Positions 57,701 to 64,000 of a stretch of DNA of 64,000 nt are shown here, one piece after another (position 1 is the stretch's first letter; every line of letters starts with the position of its first letter). A program made the position numbers and the translations under genes. The stretch is taken from IMG/VR virus record IMGVR_UViG_3300025671_000038; one strand, written 5' to 3'. Below the pieces are notes generated by a model. It saw only the letters and a program-made list of their open reading frames with translations. It was not told where the DNA came from and searched no databases. This DNA comes from a virus.

Positions 57701-58824
57701 CCTTTGTAGCTGCCTATATATGGGAATATCTCTTCACCGGCAATCATAAGTTCCTTCCTCTTCTCGTTTATCTCGATGTAGTCCGGCAAAGGCTCGGAAG
57801 GATCGTGATCCCTAAGTATTGGGGAATCACTACCGAAAAATGCCCTACCTAGATTATTAGTAAGTACATTGAGCCTCGAGTCTTCACCTATTACCTGACC
57901 ATAGAAGAGAACTTCTGCTATCTTCTGTGGCTGATTATAGGTTATGTCTTCTATAATCAGCTTCCTCTCGTATATCTCCGCAGCAAAATCGGGTGCGCTA
58001 AGGGCAACATTAACTGAGATAGATCTTGACGGTGTACCAGCCTCTGGGGTAACTATATAACCGTTACTATAAGAATCGCTTATATTCTTAATAACTGGGA
58101 TGGCTATATTTTCATAATTCACTATGGAAGGATCCCCACCAAGGTCTGGGTCATTCTCGGTTATCTGGTAAGTGAAAACAATATCACTAACATTAGTATT
58201 ACCGTAGACATCGTTTTCCCACCTAGTTCTCCATAAGGGATCACTAGATGATCCTGTAGACCCGGTATGCGGTACCCCCAAGAAATCGGATCCAGTTACA
58301 GAGTCTTTAAACTGCTGCACTATAAATATTTGCTCGTTCTCATAAAGCCCCGCCGAGACGGGGTCAAAAAATATAGACCCTGTGAAATACCCGCCAGGCA
58401 AATCAGAGGTTATACATTCAACATAGGCAGTATTATCGTTGGAAATGGTAGTTACCCCGATAACTCTGGATAAATTTATAGTAAGGATTGATCCAGAAAT
58501 GGATATCGAAGAAATCTCACCTTGCAGAATGTTGGAAGGATAGAAGGTAATCTTAAGAGTTATTTTTCCACCCTTGGAAACCTTATCGTTAACCGTATTA
58601 GCCCAGCTAGTAAGATCGTATCCATTCATATCCAACTTGTTCATATAGAGAACATTGGAAGCAATATCAAACAGGGAAATCCTTCCCTGCGGAGGGGTAG
58701 AATTAGTGGACCTAGACTCGTAATTAAAATTGTAAGTCAGAGGAGCAGATGCAGTAGCCCCAACATATTCAAAATTTAGAGGTTCTCCCTTCTTATCAAA
58801 AAACTTAAGGTGCCTATTTGCCAT
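54772..58824 (-). CDS. Large baseplate-associated structural protein
   Basis: 1350 aa just downstream of the gp6/gp25-like genes; FPYIGSYKGLIGALKFFGY segment; contains a cupredoxin-like insert. Confidence 0.55.
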   Translation of the reverse strand: MANRHLKFFDKKGEPLNFEYVGATASAPLTYNFNYESRSTNSTPPQGRISLFDIASNVLYMNKLDMNGYDLTSWANTVNDKVSKGGKITLKITFYPSNILQGEISSISISGSILTINLSRVIGVTTISNDNTAYVECITSDLPGGYFTGSIFFDPVSAGLYENEQIFIVQQFKDSVTGSDFLGVPHTGSTGSSSDPLWRTRWENDVYGNTNVSDIVFTYQITENDPDLGGDPSIVNYENIAIPVIKNISDSYSNGYIVTPEAGTPSRSISVNVALSAPDFAAEIYERKLIIEDITYNQPQKIAEVLFYGQVIGEDSRLNVLTNNLGRAFFGSDSPILRDHDPSEPLPDYIEINEKRKELMIAGEEIFPYIGSYKGLIGALKFFGYQDLRIKEYWLNLRYNKLNLSPLEENKNFLNNYGNTPIPNQSNLIADVFDNENTGKYRLEQTYGPNSDGEYVLDVSSENTLVPSRTYKKTSLFGLYYDINTTSSTKDPYGYPDTPEAFAFTQEEVLVKLFALKERLKASYLPLNARIIDITGEGVYYNIYNSKAWTDVLEREDIDIGNNISFTANPDFGFIEDLRAFGTRTSKTSIQAPMNYYDVVDLNFAVTGPSGNAFIVNGVAGSNPSLTFMRGKKYKLNLTQGSYDYDLYLTTSPSLSQINPLGVVNNGATGGTVTIDVNPQESNNLYYYSTANSSLNGSISVIDSSISDFGNGVNPLYNGQKYTPDQNREMINAISNFYYIKENEMLKSLGDDVNDPVIDLNRTTGNKYLNPLGMPVVLELDVDRWDWDEMGMTWDSLTLPTFNFNNKALTWSSIDFSAYNEIEWEISKSPTQGGSPYYFSYRGYTMDYYKLAHFLPYTGSYDIKCNLYDSFNFRNVKIQKSKIQVSPRSILIDGWTRYRENENYLWDQTIRTWDSYNSIWEYPAEGKTFSEVAKQIPEEILDFAVYGNNAIDGQKLSVKKYTEGVGASGNFTINQSMIDIKYAYSLWISGSQYGYATIHTEQPHNFKEGDDIFISGSIDPLNKSWNIVSIPSGSTGYSFQVPYVITNQSGVGATSGTGSLIGATAYYVLPSTYPDQKTTGGGDITVYINGRAIGATSSGSNLQSTVNSIIAEINGVYTQPDYFAQSFAPNDVPATVNVVADVSSGNIGNNDKLSVLLSGSLSLVSSDPYLSGGVTGGTAYVSWDPADGVLPVENLKYFGTKFLNWETFTDSSWDEAYAHSWADFGYESGWLGGYEIHSIKPGDHIELSTGADNYPLPTGVTFTKDGGTGSTSYLTVGSAVSQLNSSVDSNITNFYYRTIPTGATASLTTSGPIEPIFYDAAISGGTSAVPASVPGAPPPLVVSFTYATGP

Positions 58825-58826
58825 CT

Positions 58827-59357
58827 TTAGAATACTCTCTTGTTGTTAAACGGTACTGTGTAATTAAAGGAATTCCTTATTTGCTTTACCGATTCGATCA
58901 ATGCAAAAACTACTCTCTGAAGATAATAGAGGATCTCCGATTTTTTGGGGTCTCTAAAAATAACATTCGACATAGTGTTTTGGAAGATCTTCTCCTTGTA
59001 ATCATACCCACTTCTAATATTATCGTAAGCGGAGTCCCGTATATCATAAAGGTTGTCGGTGGGGTCAAATTGGTAATATCTTCTAGCCATGCTATTCCCC
59101 TGAATCTTCTTCATAATATCCGTGTACGTGCTGGCACTAGAACAAGGGCCATATAGAGTATCTCCCTTGGCACTAACAGTAACCTTCCTATACCCGCTGC
59201 ATCCTATATTATAAGATCTCTCCTGAGCTTTTCCGATGCTCTTATAGAGATCATCACTTGTTTTGAAAACAGGCGTTTGGGTTCTAAAAGATATATCATT
59301 CGCGGTAAACGAATAGATCTTCTTTCTCTCCAGATATGGGCTGTAGTCTCTTCTCAT
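58827..59357 (-). CDS. Hypothetical protein in the baseplate cluster
   Basis: 176-aa ORF tightly packed between baseplate genes. Confidence 0.55.
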   Translation of the reverse strand: MRRDYSPYLERKKIYSFTANDISFRTQTPVFKTSDDLYKSIGKAQERSYNIGCSGYRKVTVSAKGDTLYGPCSSASTYTDIMKKIQGNSMARRYYQFDPTDNLYDIRDSAYDNIRSGYDYKEKIFQNTMSNVIFRDPKKSEILYYLQRVVFALIESVKQIRNSFNYTVPFNNKRVF

Positions 59358-59358
59358 A

Positions 59359-61089
59359 TTATCTGTTGGAAGCTATTAGCTTTGATTTAGTCTCGGAATT
59401 AAGCTCATTGAGGAAATTCTTTGGATTAACCGAAGAAATGGAGATATTTAGTGCCGAAGGTTTCCCAGGAACTATTCCTTCCTGATACTCCACACCGTTT
59501 CTATCTTCCCATCCTCCCCTCATAAGAACTAGCTCACCTCTTTTTATGATAATATCACCGAAGTCGTCGAGACCTATCTGTTTGTTCTTTTGAGCAGCAC
59601 TCGCATTTTGTAAGTTATCAACGGTTCTATGATAATTCTCATTCTGTTCACCTATGAAATAGAAGGAAACCGAATCTATTCCCTCTATCGATTCTAGTAT
59701 CGCTATTATATCGGATTTAGGAATCCTATCTCTTCTCTTATTGTTAAGCATATACTCGGAAATAGAAGTTCTGACCTTGTCCTTTATGACCTCAGGATCA
59801 TAGCCCTCAAAAATCGACATAACCACGTTTCCAACAAACCTACTGATCTCAGGTTGTATGATTTTTACAACCGTGGTCGCTATCATTCTACCGGAATCCT
59901 CAATGAGATTCAGGATGGAAAGCTTTTGAGAGTTAGTGAGTAAGAAACTAGTTTCTGGAATATCGAAATAATCCTGGTTGCTAGTCATGTTAATAGTTAC
60001 ATCAGGAACCAAGAAAATATAAACTACGTTATCATCATCCAAGTAATCATCATCGAAAGTTGAGAAAGCCTGTATCTGAGAAAAGATATTGAATTTCTGT
60101 AGGTATATCTCATAATTTTCAGCATTAGCAAACACGAAAGCCCGACTGGTTTTAGGTGCTACCAATCTGGTAACTTCTATAGGTTCGGGATCAGATCCGA
60201 AAGAAGGATCTAGTACGCCGGTCAATTTTAAATAGTTATCAAGGTTAACAGTACTTCCGAAGAGATCTTCCCCGCTATCCATAAACTTATACGTAAGAAC
60301 CTGATCAGGCCTGCTCTGAAGATTTCCATTAAATCCAGATGTCTGCAGGTATTCCACCCTTATTGTGGCTCCCTGTTGTGGAATCTTACCAAAGTTTGAA
60401 TTACCGAAATAGATGTCTATTCCCTCCTGTATACCGCTCTTAACTAGATATCCCTCCTTGTTAAGAGGTATATCATAGAGGGATTCATACCTTTCCCATT
60501 TATTGTCGTTGACATAGACATCAACATAAAATTGGTCTATCAGAGCACCAGCTTTCGAAGGAAGATTAAAACTCTGTAATGCCCTACCAGTACCTGTAAA
60601 CGTATTAGAAGCGAAGGATCCTTGAACAATCTTAAAATTAAAAGAAGCTGTCCGGTTAAGTGGTACTTTCACGGAAGGAGCTCCGAGTAATATTGAATAT
60701 GGAAGTCCGTTTTGTATACATTGAATTCTCGGGGTTCCGCTTAATACTACTGCTCCACCACCAACATCAGACTCTCTAAGATTCCACGTTAAAGCAATCT
60801 CTCCTTGTGCAGCCATTCCTCTTGAAGGATCATGACCAGCGATTCTAGCTAAACTTTTTATTGAGTAGTTTCTAGTTGCTTCCTGTATATTTAATTCAGT
60901 TATCGAATCCTCTATGAAGTACAAAATCATCTGAGAGAGGTTTTCCAACACAAACAATATCTGCCCCCAAGCAGAAGCAACTGTGAAAACGTTGCGGGAT
61001 TGGTTGTACGTCCTTTGCAAGAATTGATAAGAGTCGTTTAGTAGACCTCCAATCAGAATGTTGTTCTTCTTAAAAATATTTTCTGCCAT
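59359..61089 (-). CDS. Baseplate wedge protein (T4 gp6/baseplate J-like)
   Basis: SLARIAGHDPSR, YFGNSNFGKIP, IRVEYLQTSGFNGN, GSDPEPIE, ANAENYE: gp6-like motifs, adjacent to a gp25-like gene. Confidence 0.8.
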   Translation of the reverse strand: MAENIFKKNNILIGGLLNDSYQFLQRTYNQSRNVFTVASAWGQILFVLENLSQMILYFIEDSITELNIQEATRNYSIKSLARIAGHDPSRGMAAQGEIALTWNLRESDVGGGAVVLSGTPRIQCIQNGLPYSILLGAPSVKVPLNRTASFNFKIVQGSFASNTFTGTGRALQSFNLPSKAGALIDQFYVDVYVNDNKWERYESLYDIPLNKEGYLVKSGIQEGIDIYFGNSNFGKIPQQGATIRVEYLQTSGFNGNLQSRPDQVLTYKFMDSGEDLFGSTVNLDNYLKLTGVLDPSFGSDPEPIEVTRLVAPKTSRAFVFANAENYEIYLQKFNIFSQIQAFSTFDDDYLDDDNVVYIFLVPDVTINMTSNQDYFDIPETSFLLTNSQKLSILNLIEDSGRMIATTVVKIIQPEISRFVGNVVMSIFEGYDPEVIKDKVRTSISEYMLNNKRRDRIPKSDIIAILESIEGIDSVSFYFIGEQNENYHRTVDNLQNASAAQKNKQIGLDDFGDIIIKRGELVLMRGGWEDRNGVEYQEGIVPGKPSALNISISSVNPKNFLNELNSETKSKLIASNR

Positions 61090-61093
61090 CTTT

Positions 61094-61465
61094 TTAACTT
61101 ACTTTCAAAGCAATCGCTGGTGAGGTATTACTTAAACCTGGTAAATAGAAATCCAGATATGCAATATCTCTCTGAGTACCCTGGTAAAACTTTACCTCAA
61201 AATACCCGTTTAACTGGGCAAAAAGAGGAACATAAATCCTAAGATGCTCGTTTATTCTTTCCCTTAAGCTACTTTCAGAGAGATCCAGAGAGAAAACCAG
61301 ATCCTCTAAGTTAAGTCCAAATTTAGGATCACCTAATACTTCTCCACGATTAGTAACGAGCATCATTTTAAGTTGCCCAACACATATGTCCGTAGGGTTT
61401 GTTATCTCAAGGATATTCTCCTTGTAATTGAAATCTTCAGGATCTTTGTTATAAATCTCAACCAT
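61094..61465 (-). CDS. Baseplate wedge/sheath initiator (gp25/GPW-like)
   Basis: LKMMLVTNRGEVLGDPKFGLNLEDLVF matches the gp25 TxxGER..P.FG..L pattern. Confidence 0.8.
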   Translation of the reverse strand: MVEIYNKDPEDFNYKENILEITNPTDICVGQLKMMLVTNRGEVLGDPKFGLNLEDLVFSLDLSESSLRERINEHLRIYVPLFAQLNGYFEVKFYQGTQRDIAYLDFYLPGLSNTSPAIALKVS

Positions 61466-61484
61466 TGGGAATTTATTTTCCCAA

Positions 61485-61492
61485 TATATATC
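61485..61492 (-). promoter_or_regulatory. GATATATA putative phage promoter
   Basis: Intergenic, 20 nt upstream of the gp25-like ATG. Confidence 0.6.
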
Positions 61493-61496
61493 GAGA

Positions 61497-62273
61497 TTAA
61501 TTCCACTGTAAGAAATAGGAAGGAGTGTTCTCTCCGTTGATCATATCCATCACTTCTTGGAGCTCTTTCTCACCGTCACTTCTAAGCTCTGAGGTGTTTA
61601 CACTAACACCACCAGGAAGGTTATAGTTGAAAGCACTAAGCACTCTAGATAGACTTATTTTGGACTTGGCTAAGCAATAACGTATGAATAATTCGTCGTC
61701 ATATAGATCATCGTCGTCTATAGCAACAAAGCACCTGACTGCAACGTCCATACCGTTTTGGTCGTATCCTGTTCCAACCCCTGACATACCAGACCTATTA
61801 GGATCTCTACCGAGAATGGTAAGTTTCTTGGTATTCTTATTCCATTTAAAAGCGTAAGTTGGCAGAAGATATGCCTGCGCCAGGTCAAAGTAAGAATACA
61901 TTACAGTTCTATAAACCAGGTTATCCCCGGTGAACGGAGATAACAGAAGTTCAGATCCCAGGAGTTTGGAATCACCAAAGTCACGATCAGGAGTTCCCGA
62001 TATACCCATTCCATTAACTTCCCTCACGTCGTACACAGTCACGATAGAGGGAGGAAGCTGTATCTGTCTCGTATTTCTAAAGCTAGGATTTGCAAAAAGA
62101 TTGTTAGCCAGTATAAAGACCCTATCCTCCACAGCATATTGGTAATTGTCATACATGTAATCACGTGCCCTTCTAATAATCCTATGAATCTCGTCGTCAT
62201 TTAGATTATAGGGTAAAGAGCAGCTTGCTGATAAGTCATCCTTGATTTCCTGTACTAATTCCTCTAGAGTCAT
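61497..62273 (-). CDS. Neck protein (T4 gp13-like head-tail adaptor)
   Basis: N-terminal LVQEIKDDL...LNDDEIHRIIRRA and C-terminal YCLAKSK...FNYNLPGGVSVNTSELRSDGEKELQE. Confidence 0.8.
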   Translation of the reverse strand: MTLEELVQEIKDDLSASCSLPYNLNDDEIHRIIRRARDYMYDNYQYAVEDRVFILANNLFANPSFRNTRQIQLPPSIVTVYDVREVNGMGISGTPDRDFGDSKLLGSELLLSPFTGDNLVYRTVMYSYFDLAQAYLLPTYAFKWNKNTKKLTILGRDPNRSGMSGVGTGYDQNGMDVAVRCFVAIDDDDLYDDELFIRYCLAKSKISLSRVLSAFNYNLPGGVSVNTSELRSDGEKELQEVMDMINGENTPSYFLQWN

Positions 62274-62274
62274 C

Positions 62275-63687
62275 TCAATAATTCTGATTTTTAAATATTA
62301 TCCTGCGAATAGGATCATTTAGGTTCTTAAGCCTGGAGTCAGTTATAAATCTACTTTGTCTTATATCACTGAATCCCTTTACTTCCTCCGTCTCTTTGCT
62401 AACATTGGCACTACTTCCAAGGTCAGCCTTTCTGATTACACCGCCATTCACCTCGCAGTTTATCATCTTTCTGGGACAATCGATGTAGCAAGAATCTAGT
62501 AGGTTACCGTAGTCAGCACTAGTGTTGTGTATTTTACTATTATAGACCTTGTTGGAATTAGATATTTGAGACTCCATAATCTCAGAATCCTTAACCTCAC
62601 ACCCATAGAGGTTGCAGTTTTCTAATTTGCAATTTCTAATTTTACAATCTATCAGATCAAGGTCAGCAAGATATCCGGATCCCTTACACTTGGCATTTTT
62701 TAATTGGAATCTCCCAGTAGAAGTATCATAATTGAAGAATGCATATTTCACACCACCCTCCACGATTATATCGAACACCTTTTCTCTTATTACGGGGAAA
62801 TAAGTTTTTATATTTTCCTCATATCCTTTAAGGTCCACCAATAGATGGAAATCCGGGAAATTCATGAAGAAAGACTCAGGATCAGAAAAACTTCTAACCA
62901 CCTTAGTATACTCCTTCATCATTTCTTGGAGTCTTTTCAAGTCTGACTGGTTATATCCTCTTTTTCCAGATAAAAGGTCGTGCAGGTACAGTACCACATA
63001 ATCAATAACATCCCTTATGGCAGAGATCTTCTTCTGGTAGTCCTTCCCACCAAGATATCTAATTTCGATATATCCCTTGGGTACTTTGGTAAAGTTAGCA
63101 CCATAGTACTTCTCCTCCGGTATTTTAAAAAGCCTTGGATCTATCGATGATATATTTTCCAGAATAGAAAATCTATTCACCGGTACTATCTTTTTAACAG
63201 ATTTAGCGTAAACATTATTAGTTCGGTTACCGAATTTAGAATAGATCAATCCCTCGTCAATTCCGAGAACAAACTTCAATCTGTCCAGCTCCTCCATCCT
63301 TTTAAGCTCCCGGTTTTCCTTGGAGAAGCTAACAGAAAATTGGAATGCACATTTATCATTCGTCCATCCATTCTCGTCTATCCACCTTAAGGTCTTAATC
63401 AGAATTGGGATAGCCTCTGCGTACGGGAGAGGACCAGTAATGAGCTCATTCATATTTGATCCACCAGAATAGTCAGGTTCCAACTTGAACGAGTCTGCAG
63501 TGGCAGGAACTTTAGAGTGATACTTATTACTCAACACCACTTTCTTTCCCAGAAGTTTAGACAACTGGTCCACTATCCTTCCCCTAACCATTTCCGAGTA
63601 AAATTCAAACTCGAATCCGATTAGGGAAGAACTTAAAGCGCTAGCTTTATCAAAGTGGTTATCTTTACTCATCCAATGGTTTAGCAA
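62275..63687 (-). CDS. Putative amidoligase (Amidoligase_2/COOH-NH2 ligase type 2) with a C-terminal beta-helix-like repeat region
   Basis: IGFEFEF, LEPDYS, ELITGP, TNDKCAFQFSV, KYYGAN, IEIRYLGG; C-terminal 5-residue periodicity CKIRN-CKLEN-CNLYG-CEVKD-SEIME. Confidence 0.7.
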   Translation of the reverse strand: MLNHWMSKDNHFDKASALSSSLIGFEFEFYSEMVRGRIVDQLSKLLGKKVVLSNKYHSKVPATADSFKLEPDYSGGSNMNELITGPLPYAEAIPILIKTLRWIDENGWTNDKCAFQFSVSFSKENRELKRMEELDRLKFVLGIDEGLIYSKFGNRTNNVYAKSVKKIVPVNRFSILENISSIDPRLFKIPEEKYYGANFTKVPKGYIEIRYLGGKDYQKKISAIRDVIDYVVLYLHDLLSGKRGYNQSDLKRLQEMMKEYTKVVRSFSDPESFFMNFPDFHLLVDLKGYEENIKTYFPVIREKVFDIIVEGGVKYAFFNYDTSTGRFQLKNAKCKGSGYLADLDLIDCKIRNCKLENCNLYGCEVKDSEIMESQISNSNKVYNSKIHNTSADYGNLLDSCYIDCPRKMINCEVNGGVIRKADLGSSANVSKETEEVKGFSDIRQSRFITDSRLKNLNDPIRRIIFKNQNY

Positions 63688-64000
63688 ATATTTTTCCCAT
63701 CACCGCATCAACTTCATAAATTTCTACGTCGATGGAATCTCCCGCTTTTAATCCCTTATGATCTCTTGACATCCTTCCCTGAGGTATCATTGCCATTAGG
63801 CCAAGCTCAGGAATCTCTATCAGAGCTCCATTCTTTCTCTTGTGCTTAATTATTGCATTGACTGGCTCGTTTGTGCCTTCGTCTATATTCTTTTTAAGGT
63901 CATAGACTCTAACAGTTTTCTCCAACGGACCACCAAAGGTCAGGGTTAGTCTATTGTCATCCTTGACTTCCTTTACATAGAACTCTATCTCATCACCAGC
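63665..64000 (-). CDS. S1 RNA-binding-domain protein (ribosomal protein S1-like), C-terminal part; starts beyond the right edge
   Basis: The frame is open to base 64000 (AGDEIEFYVKEVKDDNRLTLT = end of one S1 repeat), followed by a full S1 repeat (VNAIIKHKRKNGALIEI...LKAGDSIDVEIYEVD...KIFA). Confidence 0.75.
   Translation of the reverse strand, partial: AGDEIEFYVKEVKDDNRLTLTFGGPLEKTVRVYDLKKNIDEGTNEPVNAIIKHKRKNGALIEIPELGLMAMIPQGRMSRDHKGLKAGDSIDVEIYEVDAVMGKIFAKPLDE

Noticed and set aside
1-64000. tRNA genes, rRNA or CRISPR arrays
   Set aside because: Intergenic gaps are mostly under 120 nt and contain only terminators/promoters; no cloverleaf or repeat-spacer pattern seen by eye (tRNAscan-SE/CRT not run).
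1-64000. Apparent abundance of GATC/GGATCC sites as evidence of protected DNA
   Set aside because: Only an impression; it needs an observed/expected k-mer count that I cannot run.
1-64000. Eukaryotic giant virus (NCLDV) origin, suggested by eukaryote-like RNR, MBD4-like gene and glycan enzymes
   Set aside because: gp13, gp25, gp6, gp32, gp61, UvsW/UvsY, a peptidoglycan amidase and bacterial terminators identify a tailed T4-like bacteriophage.

Overview
This 64-kb window is a gene-dense piece of a large T4-like (myovirus-type) jumbo phage genome, read in the standard bacterial code and mostly on the minus strand. From left to right it contains: (1) 1-8.9 kb: adenylate kinase (truncated by the window edge), a methyltransferase/glycosyltransferase-like/carbamoyltransferase cassette, class Ia nrdA and nrdB, a dimeric dUTPase/dCTPase and an N-terminal-only family B DNA polymerase; (2) 8.9-18.3 kb: amidase, MBD4-like glycosylase, Hsp20, an Hc1 histone-like gene missed by the ORF track, a ligase-cytidylyltransferase fusion, a Pol-beta-type nucleotidyltransferase and many small proteins with a T4-like capsid-targeting motif; (3) 18.3-22.6 kb: UvsW, UvsY, primase and gp32; (4) 22.7-26.8 kb: a five-gene sugar cassette built around a RuBisCO-like protein, then a RuvC-like nuclease; (5) 26.9-62.3 kb: tail, fibre, baseplate and neck genes, interrupted by a plus-strand GT2+PhoH pair; (6) an amidoligase and an S1-domain protein cut by the right edge. 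A GATATATA motif recurs just upstream of genes and is a candidate late promoter. A-rich, Shine-Dalgarno-free leaders and DUF4494/Hc1/Reg_prop-like proteins point to a Bacteroidota host (inference). I saw no tRNA, rRNA, CRISPR array, intein or intron. All family calls come from motif recognition by eye; no database searches were run. The best candidates for an undescribed system are the RuBisCO-like-protein sugar cassette (possibly acting on G-x-T-G motifs of virion proteins) and a capsid-targeted enzyme payload (adenylate kinase, nucleotidyltransferase, ligase-cytidylyltransferase).
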